Assembly: GCA_028826165.1 (NCBI GenBank)
Contig: JAPDFW010000061.1
Location: forward strand, 248,001 to 312,000
Reading direction: 5' to 3'
Length of the DNA stretch: 64,000 bases
DNA from: Anaeramoeba ignava BMAN
Lineage: Eukaryota > Protista > Anaeramoebae
Part shown: positions 1 to 13,500 of the stretch, one piece after another
How positions within the stretch are numbered: the first letter of the stretch is position 1
Layout: the number at the start of each line of letters is the position of its first letter
Program-made: the position numbers and the translations under genes
Notes under the pieces: model-generated
What the model was told of the DNA's origin: nothing
Seen by the model: only the letters and a program-made list of their open reading frames with translations
Databases searched by the model: none

Positions 1-341
1 CAAAATCAAAATCAAAATCAAAATCAAAATCAAAATCAAAATCAAAATCAAAATCAAAATCAAAATCAAAATCAAAATCAGAATCAGAATCAGAATCAAA
101 ATCAAAATCAAAATCAAAATCAAAATCAAAATCAAATTCAAAATCAAAATCAAAACCAAATTCAAATTCAAAATCAAAATCAAAATCAAAATCAAAATTT
201 AAATCAAAATCAAAATCAAAATCAAAATCAAAATCAAATTCAGACTCTCAAAAAATAAACTTTACAAGGAAAAATGTTAAGACAATACCAACAGTACAAC
301 CATCTCATGAAATAATCATTCCATCAGGAAATTCAGATTGA
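1..341 (+). CDS. Possible 3' end of an upstream gene (low-complexity AAAATC tract then ...SDSQKINFTRKNVKTIPTVQPSHEIIIPSGNSD*)
   Basis: About 100 nt of non-repetitive sequence, open in one frame, ending TGA at 339-341. No recognisable domain. Confidence 0.3.
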   Translation, partial: KSKSKSKSKSKSKSKSKSKSKSKSKSESESESKSKSKSKSKSKSNSKSKSKPNSNSKSKSKSKSKFKSKSKSKSKSKSNSDSQKINFTRKNVKTIPTVQPSHEIIIPSGNSD

Positions 342-622
342 AATTCAGATTGAAATTAAAATTAAAATTAAAATTAAAATTAAAATTAAAATTTAAATTA
401 AAATTAAAATTGAAATTAAAATTAAAATTAGAATTAAAATTAATTTATAAAATTAAAATTTGGAAAAAAATTCCTTTTTTGATTGAAAAAAGTAAAAAAG
501 AAAATCAAGAATTTCCACTTTATTTTTCTCCTTTTTTTTTTTTCCTTTTTTATTTTTTTTTTTCCTTTTTTTATTTTTCATTTTTTTCCTTTTTTTTTAT
601 TTGAAATTATTATTTAAAAATA

Positions 623-3258
623 ATGAATGTTTGTGATATAAAATTTAAATTAAAACGACAAAACAAACAAAAAAAAACTAAGATAAATTAAAATTTTTTT
701 TATAAAAAAACAAAATAAATAAAAAATAAAACAAAAACAGTCAAACAATGATCCAATGATGTGTTCTTATTTAGGACAAGGATGGTGTAATTCTTATGAT
801 CATTATAAAACAAATGATACCAATTTACATCCACCGAATAGAATAGTATGCCCTAATTTTTATCAAGGTAAACAATGCAATACATCTGATTGTCCTTATG
901 TTCATCCAAGGTTTGAGGATTTTTTGGAATGGAGAAATGAAATTTTAAGTCAAAATCAGGAAGTTAAAGATATTAAAAAAATTAATTGTTTTTTTCTTGA
1001 TCAAAGAGAAAAAGCATCTACAAAAAGTAAAATCAAAAAATCAAATTCAATTCCAATATTAAAATCAATATCTAAATCAAAATCAATATTAAAATTAAAA
1101 TCAAATTCAATTTCAATATTAAAATCAAAATTAAAATAAAAATCAATTTCAATATTAAAATCAAAACCAAAATCAAAATAAAAATCAATATCAAAATCAA
1201 TATTAAAATTAAAATCAAAATAAAAATCTAAATTCAAATTCAAATCAAAATAAAAATCAAAATAAAATCAATATCTAAATTCAATATCAAATTCAAATTC
1301 AAATTAAAATTCAAATTAAAATTCAAAATCAAAATAAAAATCAATATCAAAATCAAAATCAAAATCAAAATCAAAATCAAAATCAAAATTTAAATCAATA
1401 TCAAAATCAAAATCAAAATTAATATAAAAATCAATATCTAAATCAAAATCTAAATTCAAAATCAAAATCAAAATCAAAAATCAAAACCAAAATCTAAATT
1501 CAAATTAAAATCAATATCAAAATTAAAATAAAAATCAAATTCAAATTCAAATTCAAATTCAAATTCAAATTCAAATTCAAAATAAAAATTAAAATCAAAA
1601 CCAAAATCAAAATCAATATTAAAATCAAAATCGAAATTAAAATTAAAATCAAAACCAAAATCAAAATCAAAATCAAAACCAAAATCAAAATCAAAATCAA
1701 AACCAAAATCAAAATCAAAATAAAAATCAAAATCAAAATTAAAATTCAAAAATATTATTTATAAATTCAAAATAGAATGTCCAAATGAAAAATCAAAATT
1801 TTTTGGTTTTTTTGAAAAACATTGTGACACGAAAATGTGCAAATATGAGCATAATAATTTTCCATCTAAATTAAAATCAAAACTTGGAGATGCAATTTTG
1901 AATTATAAAACATCGAAAAAATCCAAACCACCAAATCCAAATCAGAATCAAAATCAAAATTCAAATCAAACTCAATTTCAGTTTCCAAATCCAAATCAAA
2001 ATCAAAATCAATTTCAAAATCCAAATCAAAATCCAAATCCAAATCCAAATCAAAATCAAAAACATTCCAAACAAAAGTATTCCAAACAAAAACATTCCAA
2101 ACATCATACAAAATCAAAAAAAAATCAATATCAAAATCAAAATCAAAATCAAAATCAATTCCAAACAAAAGTATTCCAAACAAAAACATTCCAAACATCA
2201 TACAAAATCAAAAAAAAAATCAATATCAAAATCAAAATCAAAATCAAAATCAATTTCAAAATCAAAACACAAATCAAAGTCAATTTCAGTTTCCAAATCC
2301 AAATCCAAATACAAATCAAAATACAAATCAAACTCAATTCCAGTTCCCAAATCCAAATCCAAATCCAAATCAATTTCAAAATCCAAATCAATTTCAAAAT
2401 CCAAATCAATTTCAAAATCAAATTCAAAATCAATTTCAAAATCCAAATCAATTTCAAAATCCAAATCAATTTCAAAATCCAAATCAATTTCAAAATCCAA
2501 ATCAATTTCAAAATCCAAACCAAAACACAAATCAAAATGGAATCATTTCGACCGATTCTTCCACCACTAATTCAGAAATTGAAACAAAAAAACACAAACC
2601 AAAACACAAACCAAAACACAAACCAAAACACAAACCAAAACACAAACCAAAAAGAAAACACAAATCAAAACACAAACCAAAACACAAACCAAAACACAAA
2701 CCAAAAAGAAAACACAAATCAAAACATAAATCCAAAAAACATTCAGATTCAGAAACAGAATCAGAAAATGAATCATATTCACAATCAGAGTCAGAAACAG
2801 ATTCAAATGAACAACCAGATTCAGAAAATAAATCATATTCACAATCAGAGTCAGAAAATGAATCAGAATCAGAAAATGAATCAGATTCACAAGAACAATC
2901 TGAATCAGAAAATGAATCAGAATCAGATAATCAATCAAAATCAGAAAATGAATCAGAATCAGATAATCAATCAGAATCAGATAATCAATCAGATTCAGAA
3001 CCAGAAAATGGATCACAAGAACAATCTGAATCAGAAAATGAATCAGAAAATGAATCAAATTCAAATGAACAATCAGAATCAGAAAATGAATCAGATTCAA
3101 ATGAACAATCAGAATCAGAAAATGAATCAGATTCAAATGAACAATCAGATTCAGAAAATGAATCAAATTCAAATGAACAATCAGATTCAGAAAGTGATAC
3201 AAAACATAAAAAGAAGCATAAGTCAAAACATAAAAAGAAGCATCATTCTCGCAAATAA
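623..3258 (+). CDS. CCCH-type zinc-finger protein with N/Q- and S/E-rich tail (paralogue 1)
   Basis: Exons 623-628 (ATG AAT), 741-1026, 1776-about 3258. GT-AG introns are phase-compatible. Motifs CPNFYQGKQCNTSDCPYVH and CPNEK...HCDTKMCKYEH. The tail needs frame changes inside repeats and ends ...KHKKKHHSRK*. Confidence 0.75.
1027..1775 (+). repeat. Intron filled with (AAAATC/AAATTC)n hexamer microsatellite
   Basis: GT at 1027, AG at 1774-1775, degenerate hexamer repeat throughout. Confidence 0.85.
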
Positions 3259-3448
3259 ATTCTATTTCTATTTCTATTTCTAAATTTTAATTTTAATTTG
3301 AATTTTAATTTTAATTTTAAAAATCTAATCATTTGTTTTCAAAAAACAAAAACAAGAAAAAAAGTTTTATTCCAAATTATTTTTCCTTTTTTTTATTTTT
3401 ATTTTTTATTTTTCCTTTTTTTCATTTTTTCCTTTTTTTTTAAACATA

Positions 3449-6400
3449 ATGAATGTTTGTTTTTTCCAAACTAAAATAAAAACTAAAATAAAAACTAAAT
3501 TAAAAATAAAAATAAAAATGAAAATTAAAATTAAAATAAAAATAGCCAAATAATTCAGGAATGTGTTCTTATTTAGGAAAAGGATGGTGTAATTCTTATG
3601 AGCATTATAAAGCAAATGATACCAATTTACATCCACCGAGTAGAATAGTTTGTCGCAAATTTTATAAAGGAGAATCGTGCAAAGATCCTAATTGTCCATA
3701 TACTCATCCAAGAGCTGAAGATTTTTTGCAATGGAGAGCCCAGGCTTTAAGTCAAAATCCGGAAGTTAGAGATATTAAAAAAATTAATTGTTTTTTTCTT
3801 GATCAAAGACAACAACCTCATAAACAACGTAAGAAAAATATCTTCAATATAATCAATAAATTCAATATAATCAATATAATTAATAAATTCAATAAATTTA
3901 ATAAATTCAATATAATCAATATAATTAATATATTCAATAAATTCAATATATTCAATAAATTCAATAAATTCAATAAATTCAATAAATTTAATATATTCAA
4001 TAAAATTAATATATTCAATATAATCAATATAATCAATAAATTCAATATAATCAATAAATTCAATAAATTCAATAAATTCAATAAATTCAATAAATTCAAT
4101 AAATTCAATAAATTCAATAAATTCAATATAATCAATATAATTAATATATTCAATATATTCAATAAATTTAATAAATTCAATATAATCAATATATTCAATA
4201 AATTCAATAAATTCAATAAATTCAATAAATTCAATAAATTTAATATAATCAATAAATTTAATAAATTCAATATAATTAATATATTCAATATAATCAATAA
4301 ATTCAATAAATTCAATAAATTCAATAAATTCAATAAATTCAAATAAATTCAATATAATCAATAAATTCAATAAATTCAATATAATTAATAAAATTAATAT
4401 ATTCAATAAATTCAATATAATAATATATTCAATATAATCAATAAATTCAATAAATTCAATATAATCAATATAATCAATAAATTTAATAAATTCAATAAAT
4501 TCAATATAATCAATAAATTCAATAAATTCAATAAATTCAATAAATTTAATATATTCAATATAATCAATAAATTCAATAAATTCAATAAATTTAATATATT
4601 CAATATAATCAATAAATTTAATATATTCAATATAATTAATATATTCAATAAATTCAATAAATTTAATATATTCAATATAATCAATAAATTTAATAAATTC
4701 AATATATTCAATATAATTAATATATTCAATAAATTCAATAAATTCAATATATTCAATATAATCAATATAATCAATATAATCAATATATTCAATATAATTA
4801 ATATATTCAATATAATCAATATATTCAATATATTCAATAAATTCAATATATTCAATATATTCAATAAATTCAATAAATTCAATAAATTCAATAAATTCAA
4901 TATAATCAATATAATCAATAAATTTAATAAATTCAATATATTCAATAAATTTAATATATTTAATATATTCAATAAATTCAATAAATTCAATATAATCAAT
5001 ATAATCAATATAATCAATATATTCAATTATAATCAATATAATCAATATATTCAATATATTTAATATATTCAATAAATTCAATAAATTTAATAAATTCAAT
5101 ATAATTAATATATTCAATATAATCAATATATTCAATAAATTTAATATATTCAATATAATCAATATATTCAATATAATCAATATAATCAATATAATCAATA
5201 TAATCAATATAATCAATAAATTCAATATAATCAATATAATCAATAAATTCAATATATTTAATATATTCAATAAATTCAATATATTCAATATATTCAATAT
5301 AATCAATATAATCAATATAATCAATATAATCAATATATTCAATATAATTAATATATTCAATATAATCAATATAATCAATATAATCAATATATTCAATATA
5401 TTCAATATATTCAATATAATTAATATATTCAATATAATCAATATATTCAATATATTCAATATATTCAATATATTCAATATATTCAATAAATTCAATATAT
5501 TCAATATATTCAATAAATTCAATAAATTCAATATAATCAATATATTCAATAAATTTAATAAATTCAATATATTCAATAAATTTAATATATTTAATATATT
5601 CAATATATTCAATATATTCAATATAATCAATAAATTCAATATATTCATCAATTACAAAAGTATGCTCAAATGAAAATGGCAATGGACATCATTGTAGTAT
5701 AAATATGTGCCCATGTGAACACAAATCATTTCCACATCATTTAAAATCCTCAATGGGTAATTCTATTTCAAATCACAAAAAAGAAAAACATCCACAAAAC
5801 AATCAAGGTTTAAATGGAAATAGTGGAGGAAATCAAAGTTCATTTATATATCCAAATCCAAATCAAAATCCACAAATTCAATTTACGAATCCAAAACCAA
5901 ATCCAAATCCACAAATTCAATTTATAAGACAAAATATGCCAATGAATCAAGGTGGACCAAATCAATCAATGCGTTCAAATCCATATCCAAATCCAAATCC
6001 ATATCCATATCCATATCAAAATCCAAATCAAAATACAAATCTAAATCAATATCCAAATCTAAATCCAAATCAAAATACAAATCTAAATCCAAATCAAAAT
6101 ACAAATCTAAATCCAAAACATTCTCATCATCGTTCTCATCATGATAATCCAAAAAATCATTCAAAACATCATCACCATCATCATCATTCAAAACATCGTC
6201 ATCATCATAAAAAATCAGATTCAAAACATCATCATCACTCAAAACATCATCACTCAAAACATCATCACTCAAAACATCATCACTCAAAACATCATCACTC
6301 AAAACATCATCATCATCATCATAAAAAATCAGATTCAAAATCAAAATCAATATCAAAATCAATATCAATATCAATATCAAAATCAAAATCAATATCAATA

Positions 6401-6659
6401 TCAATATCAAAATCAAAATCAGAATCAGAATCAGATTCAAAACATCATCATAAAAATCAGAATCAAACCAAAATCAAAACAACAACAACATCATCATAAA
6501 AAATCAGAATCAAAACCAAAATCAAAACAACAACAACATCATCATCATAAAAAATCAGAATCAAAACCAAAATCAGATTCAAAACATCATCATCATAAAA
6601 AATCAGATTCAAAACATCATCATCATAAAAAATCAGAAGAAAATCAAAATAAAAAATAA
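3449..6659 (+). CDS. CCCH-type zinc-finger protein with N/P/Q- and H/K/S-rich tail (paralogue 2)
   Basis: Exons 3449-3454, 3546-3828, 5661-about 6659. N-terminus closely matches paralogue 1 (MCSYLGxGWCNSYxHYKxNDTNLHPP...DIKKINCFFLDQR) with the same intron positions and phases. One apparent frameshift near 6450-6500. Confidence 0.75.
3829..5660 (+). repeat. Intron filled with 9-mer repeat (AATAAATTC/AATATATTC/AATATAATC)n
   Basis: GTAAG at 3829, AG at 5659-5660, about 1.8 kb of 9-nt units. Confidence 0.9.
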
Positions 6660-6879
6660 TGGAAAAAAAAAAGCAATCATTCAATTCAAATTCTCAAAGT
6701 GATTGATGTTTGAATTAAAATTCAATTTTGATTTTCTTCTGTTTTTTTTTTGAAATAATTTTTTATTCAAATCCAAAAATTTTTTTTAAATAAAAAATCA
6801 AAACAATTTTTTAATTTTCTTTTTTCTCATTTTTTTTTTTTCCATTATTTTTTTTTTTCATTTTTTCTTAATAAAGCAA

Positions 6880-9800
6880 ATGAACCCAAACGATGAAGAT
6901 TTTTCTCCAGTTGAAGCCTTACTTGACTCAGCAAGTCATGGCGATCTTCAAGGCATTCAAAAATTAATTGATGCAGGTGTTGATGTTAACAGTCAAAATG
7001 AAGTAATAATCAAAAAAAAAAGAAAAAAAAAACAAAATCAAAATAACGATCAAAATAAAAAAAAATTTTTAATTAAAATTTTTTATTTGAAATTAAATTT
7101 TTTTTTTCTTTTTTTTTTAAATAATAAAATAATAAAAGTGGGTAAAAAAAAAATCTTTAACGAATTATAAAAATATCGAAATAATAAATTTATTCTGTTG
7201 ATTTTAATTTAATATTAAAAAGGAAGAAACAGCTCTTTTATTAGCAAGTATTAATGGTCATTCGAGTGTTGTTAGTTCACTTATAAAACTTGGAGCAAAT
7301 ATTAATCATCAAAACCAAGTAAATTTCAATTTGAAAATCAAAAGCTAAATAAAAATCAATTTGAATTTGAAAATCAAAATCAAAATCTAAATCTAAATCA
7401 AAATCTAAATCAATTTCAAAATCAATATCAATTTCAAAATCAATATCAATTTCTAAATCAATTTCTAAATCAATTTCTAAATCAATTTCTAAATCAATTT
7501 CAAATTCAATTTCAAAATCTAAATCAAAATCAATTTCAAAATCAATTTCAAAATCAATTTCAAAATCAATTTCAAAATCAATTTCAAAATCAATTTCAAA
7601 ATCAATTTCAAAATCAATTTCAATTTTAAATTCAATTTTAAATTCAATTTCAATTTCAAAATCAAAATCAATTTCTAATTCAATTTCTAAATCAATTTCT
7701 AAATCAATTTCAAATTCAATTTCTAAATCAATTTCAAAATCAATTTCAAAATCAATTTCAAAATCAATTTCTAAATCAATTTCAATTTCAATTTCAAAAT
7801 CAATTTCAATTTCTAAATCAATTTCAATTTCAAAATCAAAATCAATTTCAATTTCAAAATCAAAATCAATTTCAAAATCAATTTCAAATTCAATTTCAAA
7901 ATCAAAATCGAAATCAATTTGAAAATCAATTTCAATTTCAAAATCAATTTCAAAATCAAAATCAATTTCTAAATCAATTTCTAAATCAATTTCAATTTCA
8001 AAATCAATTTCAAAATCAAAATCAATTTCAATTTCAAAATCAAAATCAATTTCAATTTCAATTTGAAAATCAATTTCAAAATCAAAATCAATTTCAAAAT
8101 CAATTTCTAAATCAATTTCAAAATCAATTCAATTTGAACATCAATTTCAAAATCAAAATCAATTTCAAAATCTAAATCAAAATCAATTTCAAAATCAATT
8201 TCAAAATCAATTTCAATTTCAAAATCTAATTCAATTTCAAAATCAATTTCTAAATCAATTTCAAAATCAATTTCAATTTCAAAATCTAATTCAATTTCAA
8301 AATCAATTTCTAAATCAATTTCAAAATCAATTTCTAAATCAATTTCAATTTCAAAATCAATTTCAATTTCAAAATCAATTTCAAAATCAATTTCTAAATC
8401 AAAATAAATCAATTTCAATTTCAATTTCAAAATCAAAATCAATTTCAAATTCAATTTCTAATTCAATTTCAAAATCAATTCCAATTTGAACATCAATTTC
8501 AATTTCAAAATCAATTTCTAAATCAATTTCAATTTGAACATCAATTTCAATTTGAAAATCAATTTCAAAATCAAAATCAATTTCAAAATCTAAATCAATT
8601 TCAAAATCAAAATCAATTTCTAAATCAATTTCTAAATCAATTTCAAAATCAATTCCAATTTGAACATCAATTTCAAAATCAAAATCAATTTCAAAATCTA
8701 AATCAATTTCAAAATCAATTTCAATTTCAAAATCAATTTCTAAATCAATTTCTAAATCAATTTCAAAATCAATTTCAAAATCTAAATCAATTTCAAAATC
8801 AATTTCAAAATCTAAATCAATTTCAAAATCAATTTCAATTTTAAATTCAATTTCAAAATCAATTTCAAAATCTAAATCAATTTCAAAATCAATTTCAAAA
8901 TCAATTTCAAAATCAATTTCTAAATCAATTTCAAAATCTAAATCAATTTCAAAATCAATTTCAAAATCAATTTCAAAATCAATTTCTAAATCAATTTCAA
9001 AATCAATTTCAAAATCAATTTCAAAATCAATTTCAAAATCAATTTCAAAATCAATTTCTAAATCAATTTCAAAATCAATTTCTAAATCAATTTCAAAATC
9101 AAAATCTAAATCAATTTCTAAATCAATTTCAATTTCAAAATCAATTTCTAAATCAATTTCAAAATCAATTTCAAAATCTAAATCAATTTCTAAATCAATT
9201 TCAATTTCAAAATCAAAATCAATTTCAAAATCAATTTCAATTTGAAAATCAAAATCAAATCCAAAATCAATTTCAAAATCAATTTCTAAATCAATTTCAA
9301 AATCAATTTCAAAATCAATTTCTAAATCAATTTCAATTTCAAAATCGTTTTTGTTATTTAGTTTGTAAGTTAATTTTTTTCAACATTTTTCATTCAAATA
9401 TCAATCAAAAAAATTATTTATAATTAATTTTTTTAATATAATAGAAAGAAACAGCTTTAATTCTTGCAGTAACAAATGGACATATTGATGTTGTCAAAGA
9501 ACTTATGAAAGCAAAAGCTGATAAAAAAATTGCTGATCAAGTAAAAATTAAAATTAAAATTTAAATTAATTTATAAAATTAAAAATTAAAATTAAAATTA
9601 AAATTAAAATTAAAATTAAAATTAAAATCAAAATCAAAATTAAAATTAAAATTAAAATTAAAATTAAAATTAAAATTAAAATTAAAATTAAAATTAAAAT
9701 TAAAATTAAAATTCATTTATAAAATTAAAATTAAAATTAAAATTAAAATTCATTTATAAAATTAAAATCAAAAATTAAATTAATTTATAAAATTAAAAAT

Positions 9801-10153
9801 TAAAATCAAAAATTAAAATTAAAATTAAAATTAAAATTAAAATTCATTTATAAAATTAAAATTAAAATTAAAATTAAAATTAAAATTAAAATTAATATTA
9901 AAATTAAAATTAAAATTAAAATTAATATTAAAATTAAAATTAAAATTAAAATTAAAATTCATTTATAAAATTAAAATTGTTTTTTGATTTCTTGTTTTTT
10001 TAGGATGTAAAAAAATTCTATTCCAAAAAATATTTTCTTTTCTTTTAATAACTTTTTTTTTTTATTTTTTTATTTCATTTATTATTTTGTAAATAGGGAA
10101 ATACTGCTATGGATTATGCTAAAAATAAAGCAATTCAAGATGCTCTTAAATAA
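6880..10153 (+). CDS. Small ankyrin-repeat protein (126 aa), 7 exons including three 3-nt microexons
   Basis: Exons 6880-7002, 7139-7141, 7223-7318, 9362-9364, 9445-9540, 10004-10006, 10097-10153. Repeats: ETALLLASINGHSSVVSSLIKLGANIN, ETALILAVTNGHIDVVKELMKAKAD, GNTAMDYA. Confidence 0.9.
7330..9345 (+). repeat. Intronic 12-mer repeat (AATCAATTTCAA/AATCAATTTCTA)n
   Basis: About 2 kb tandem array inside the ankyrin intron 7319-9361. Confidence 0.9.
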
Positions 10154-10516
10154 CTCAAAAATTTTTCTTTTTTTTTTTTTAAAGAAATCTTTTTGTTTTT
10201 TTTTTGTTCCACTTTTTTTTTTCTTCTTTTTTTTTCAAATTACAAAAAAAGCAAAATCGAAAAGAAAAAAATAAAGAGAAAAAAAAATAATTAAATTTTA
10301 AATCTAAAAAGAAAATTAATCAAAATGGTTTTTATGTCAAAATTGTTTTTTTGTTTTGTTTTGTTTTTTGTTTTTTGTTTTTTGTTTTTTGTTTTTTGTT
10401 TTGTTTTGTTTTTTGTTTTGGGGTTAAAAAAAAATGATCAATAAAAAAAAATAATTAAATTAAAATTTTTCAATTTCATTTTTTCATTTTTTCATTTTAA
10501 CTTTTCCAAAAAAAAA

Positions 10517-13500
10517 ATGGATTTATTAATCAAACAACAAAAAACAAACAAAGCACTTGAAACAATAATAAAAAAACAGATCTATTCATTAGGAAGATAT
10601 TTTGGGACTTTAAACATACTAGATCGTGAAGGAAAAAAGCACAAAATTGGGTATACAAACGGGGACACACTTTACGAAGCAGCAAAAAAAGCAGGATTGA
10701 ATTCTGTTCTTGGTATTTGTGGAGGAAACATGAGTTGTGCAAGATGCCAAGTTTACATTGATGAAAAAGATCTTCCGCGCCTTCCTCCAATGTCACAACA
10801 AGAACAGGACGCATTGACTCATGCTTATAAACCTAATCCCCGCTCCCGTTTGGCTTGTGGTTTGGTTTTAGACACAAATACAAATGGATTGTCTATAGAT
10901 TTGGCTCCTTTGAAACCTAAAAAAATTCGCAAAAAAATCCAAAAACCTAAAGAGACTTCTATTACTATTACTGATTCTTCTGTTGTTTCTTATCCATTTT
11001 CTGAACCTTTTCTTTCGTTGAATCCTGATTCTTTGGAGACTGTGGAAAATTATCAAACTGTGAAAATTAAGGAAGGAATTCATTGGTGTGGTGTTATTGA
11101 TTGGGATTTGCGAGATTTTCATGGTAGGATTTATTAATATTTATTAAATATTATTGAATACTATTGAATTTTGAATATTATTAAATATTATTAAATATTG
11201 TTGAATATTATTGAATATTATTGAATACTATTGAATATTATTATTATTATTATTGAATATTATTGAATACTATTGGATATTATTGAATATTATTGAATAT
11301 TATTGAATATTATTGATTATTATTAAATATTTATTAAATATTTATTAAATATTATTAAATATTATTAAATATTATTAAATATTATTAAATATTATTGGAA
11401 TATTATTATTATTATTGAATATTATTGAATATTATTAAAATATTTAAATAAATTTATTAAATATTATTGAATATTATTGAATATTATTAAAATATTATTG
11501 AATATTATTAAATATTATTAAATATTATTATTAAATATTATTGAATATTATTGAATATTATTGAGTATTGAATATTATTGAATATCTCTATTAAATATTA
11601 TTAAATATTATTAAAAATATTTATTGAATATTGTTGAATTTTGAATATTATTAAATATTATTAAATATTAAATATTATTGAATATTATTGAATATTATTG
11701 AATATATTATTAAATATTATTGAATATTATTAAATATTATTAAATATTATTGAATATTATTAAATATTATTGAATATAATTATTGAATTTTGAATATTAT
11801 TAAATATTATTGAATATTATTGAATATTATTGAAATATTATTGAATATTTTGAATATTATTGAATATTTTTGAATATTATTAAATATTATTATTGATATT
11901 ATTTATTAAATATTATTGAATATTATTGAATAATATTATTGAATTATTAAATTAATATTAATTATTATTAGATATTATGATTATTATATTATTATTGAAT
12001 ATTGATTATTAAATATATTATTGATATTATTATTAAATATTATTGATTAATGATTATTAATTAATTATTATTATTAATTATTATTGAATATTATTAAATA
12101 TTATTAAATATTATTATTAAATATTATTAATTATTATATATTATTATTGAATATTATTGAATATTATTATTGAAATATTATTGAATATTATTGAATATTA
12201 TTGAATATTATTGAATATTTATTAAATATTATTAAATATTTATTAAATATTGTTAAATATTTATTAAATATTATTGAATATTATTGAAATATTGAATATT
12301 GTTAAAATATTTGTTAAATATTATTGAATATTATTAAATATTATTAAATATTATTGAATATTATTAAATATTATTGAATATTATTAAATATTATTGAATA
12401 TTATTAAATATTATTAAATATTATTGAATATTATTGAATATTATTAAATATTATTAAATATTATTGAATATTATTATTAAATATATTATTAAATATTATT
12501 AAATATTATTAAATATTATTGAATATTATTTAAATATTATTATTATTATTGAATATTATTAAATATTATTAAATATTTATTAAATATTTATTAAATATTA
12601 TTAAATATTATTAAATATTATTAAATATTATTAAATATTATTAAATATTATTAAATATTATTGAATATTATTAAATATTTATTGAATATTATTAAATATT
12701 ATTGAATATTATTGAATATTATTAAATATTATTAAATATTATTAAAATATTATTAAATATTATTATTAAATATTATTGAATATTATCAAATATTAAATAT
12801 TATTGAATATTATTAATTATTGTTAAATATTTATTGAATATTATTGAATATTATTAAATATTATTGAATATTATTAAATATTTATTAAATATTATTGAAT
12901 ATTATTGAATATTATTAAATATTTATTAAATATTATTGAATATTATTGAATATTATTAAATATTTTGGAATAAAAAAGGTTATCGAACAACAAGAGGAGG
13001 AACTTATAACTCCTATTTCATTCAAGACGAAGAAAGTGTATTAATTGATACAGTAAAACAACCATTTGTAGAACGCTATCTCAAAAAAGTCAAATCATTA
13101 GTAAATGGAGATCTGAAAAAAATCAAATATCTCGTTTGTCAACACGTGGAAATGGATCACAGTAGTGCATTACCGTCTGTCATGCAAGCATGCCCCCATC
13201 TTACAGTAGTTTGCACAGAATTATGCAAGCAAGTTCTCGAAAAACATTATGACATTTCCCAATGGAAATTTAAAATTGTGGCTGACGGAGAAACACTTAA
13301 ACTAGGAAAAAGAAGCTTGACATTCGTTGCAACGCCACTTGTTCATTGGCCCGAATCAATTGTCACTTATATGCCGGAAGAAAAAATACTTTTTTCAATG
13401 GACGCTTTTGGACAGCATTACGCAACAACTAAACGGTTTGATGATGAAGTTGATTTCTCAATTGTTCTTGATGAAATGAAGATCTACTACGCAAACATTT

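Noticed and set aside
2058-2760. Programmed frameshifting in zinc-finger tails (also near 6450 and 41170)
   Set aside because: The shifts fall in low-complexity tracts and beside a local duplication of about 100 bp (2058-2260); assembly indels are more likely.
3747-5682. Long minus-strand ORFs (634, 219, 204, 174 aa) and similar ORFs at 1001-1749, 8107-8454, 37423-39586, 51798-52100 and 62279-63728
   Set aside because: Stop-free translations of microsatellites in introns or intergenic arrays; no domain content.
10517-11137. Stand-alone ferredoxin gene separate from the 13146-14117 ORF
   Set aside because: The ORF already includes the FDP N-terminus (GIHWCGVIDWDLRDFHG) and splices in frame to 12979.
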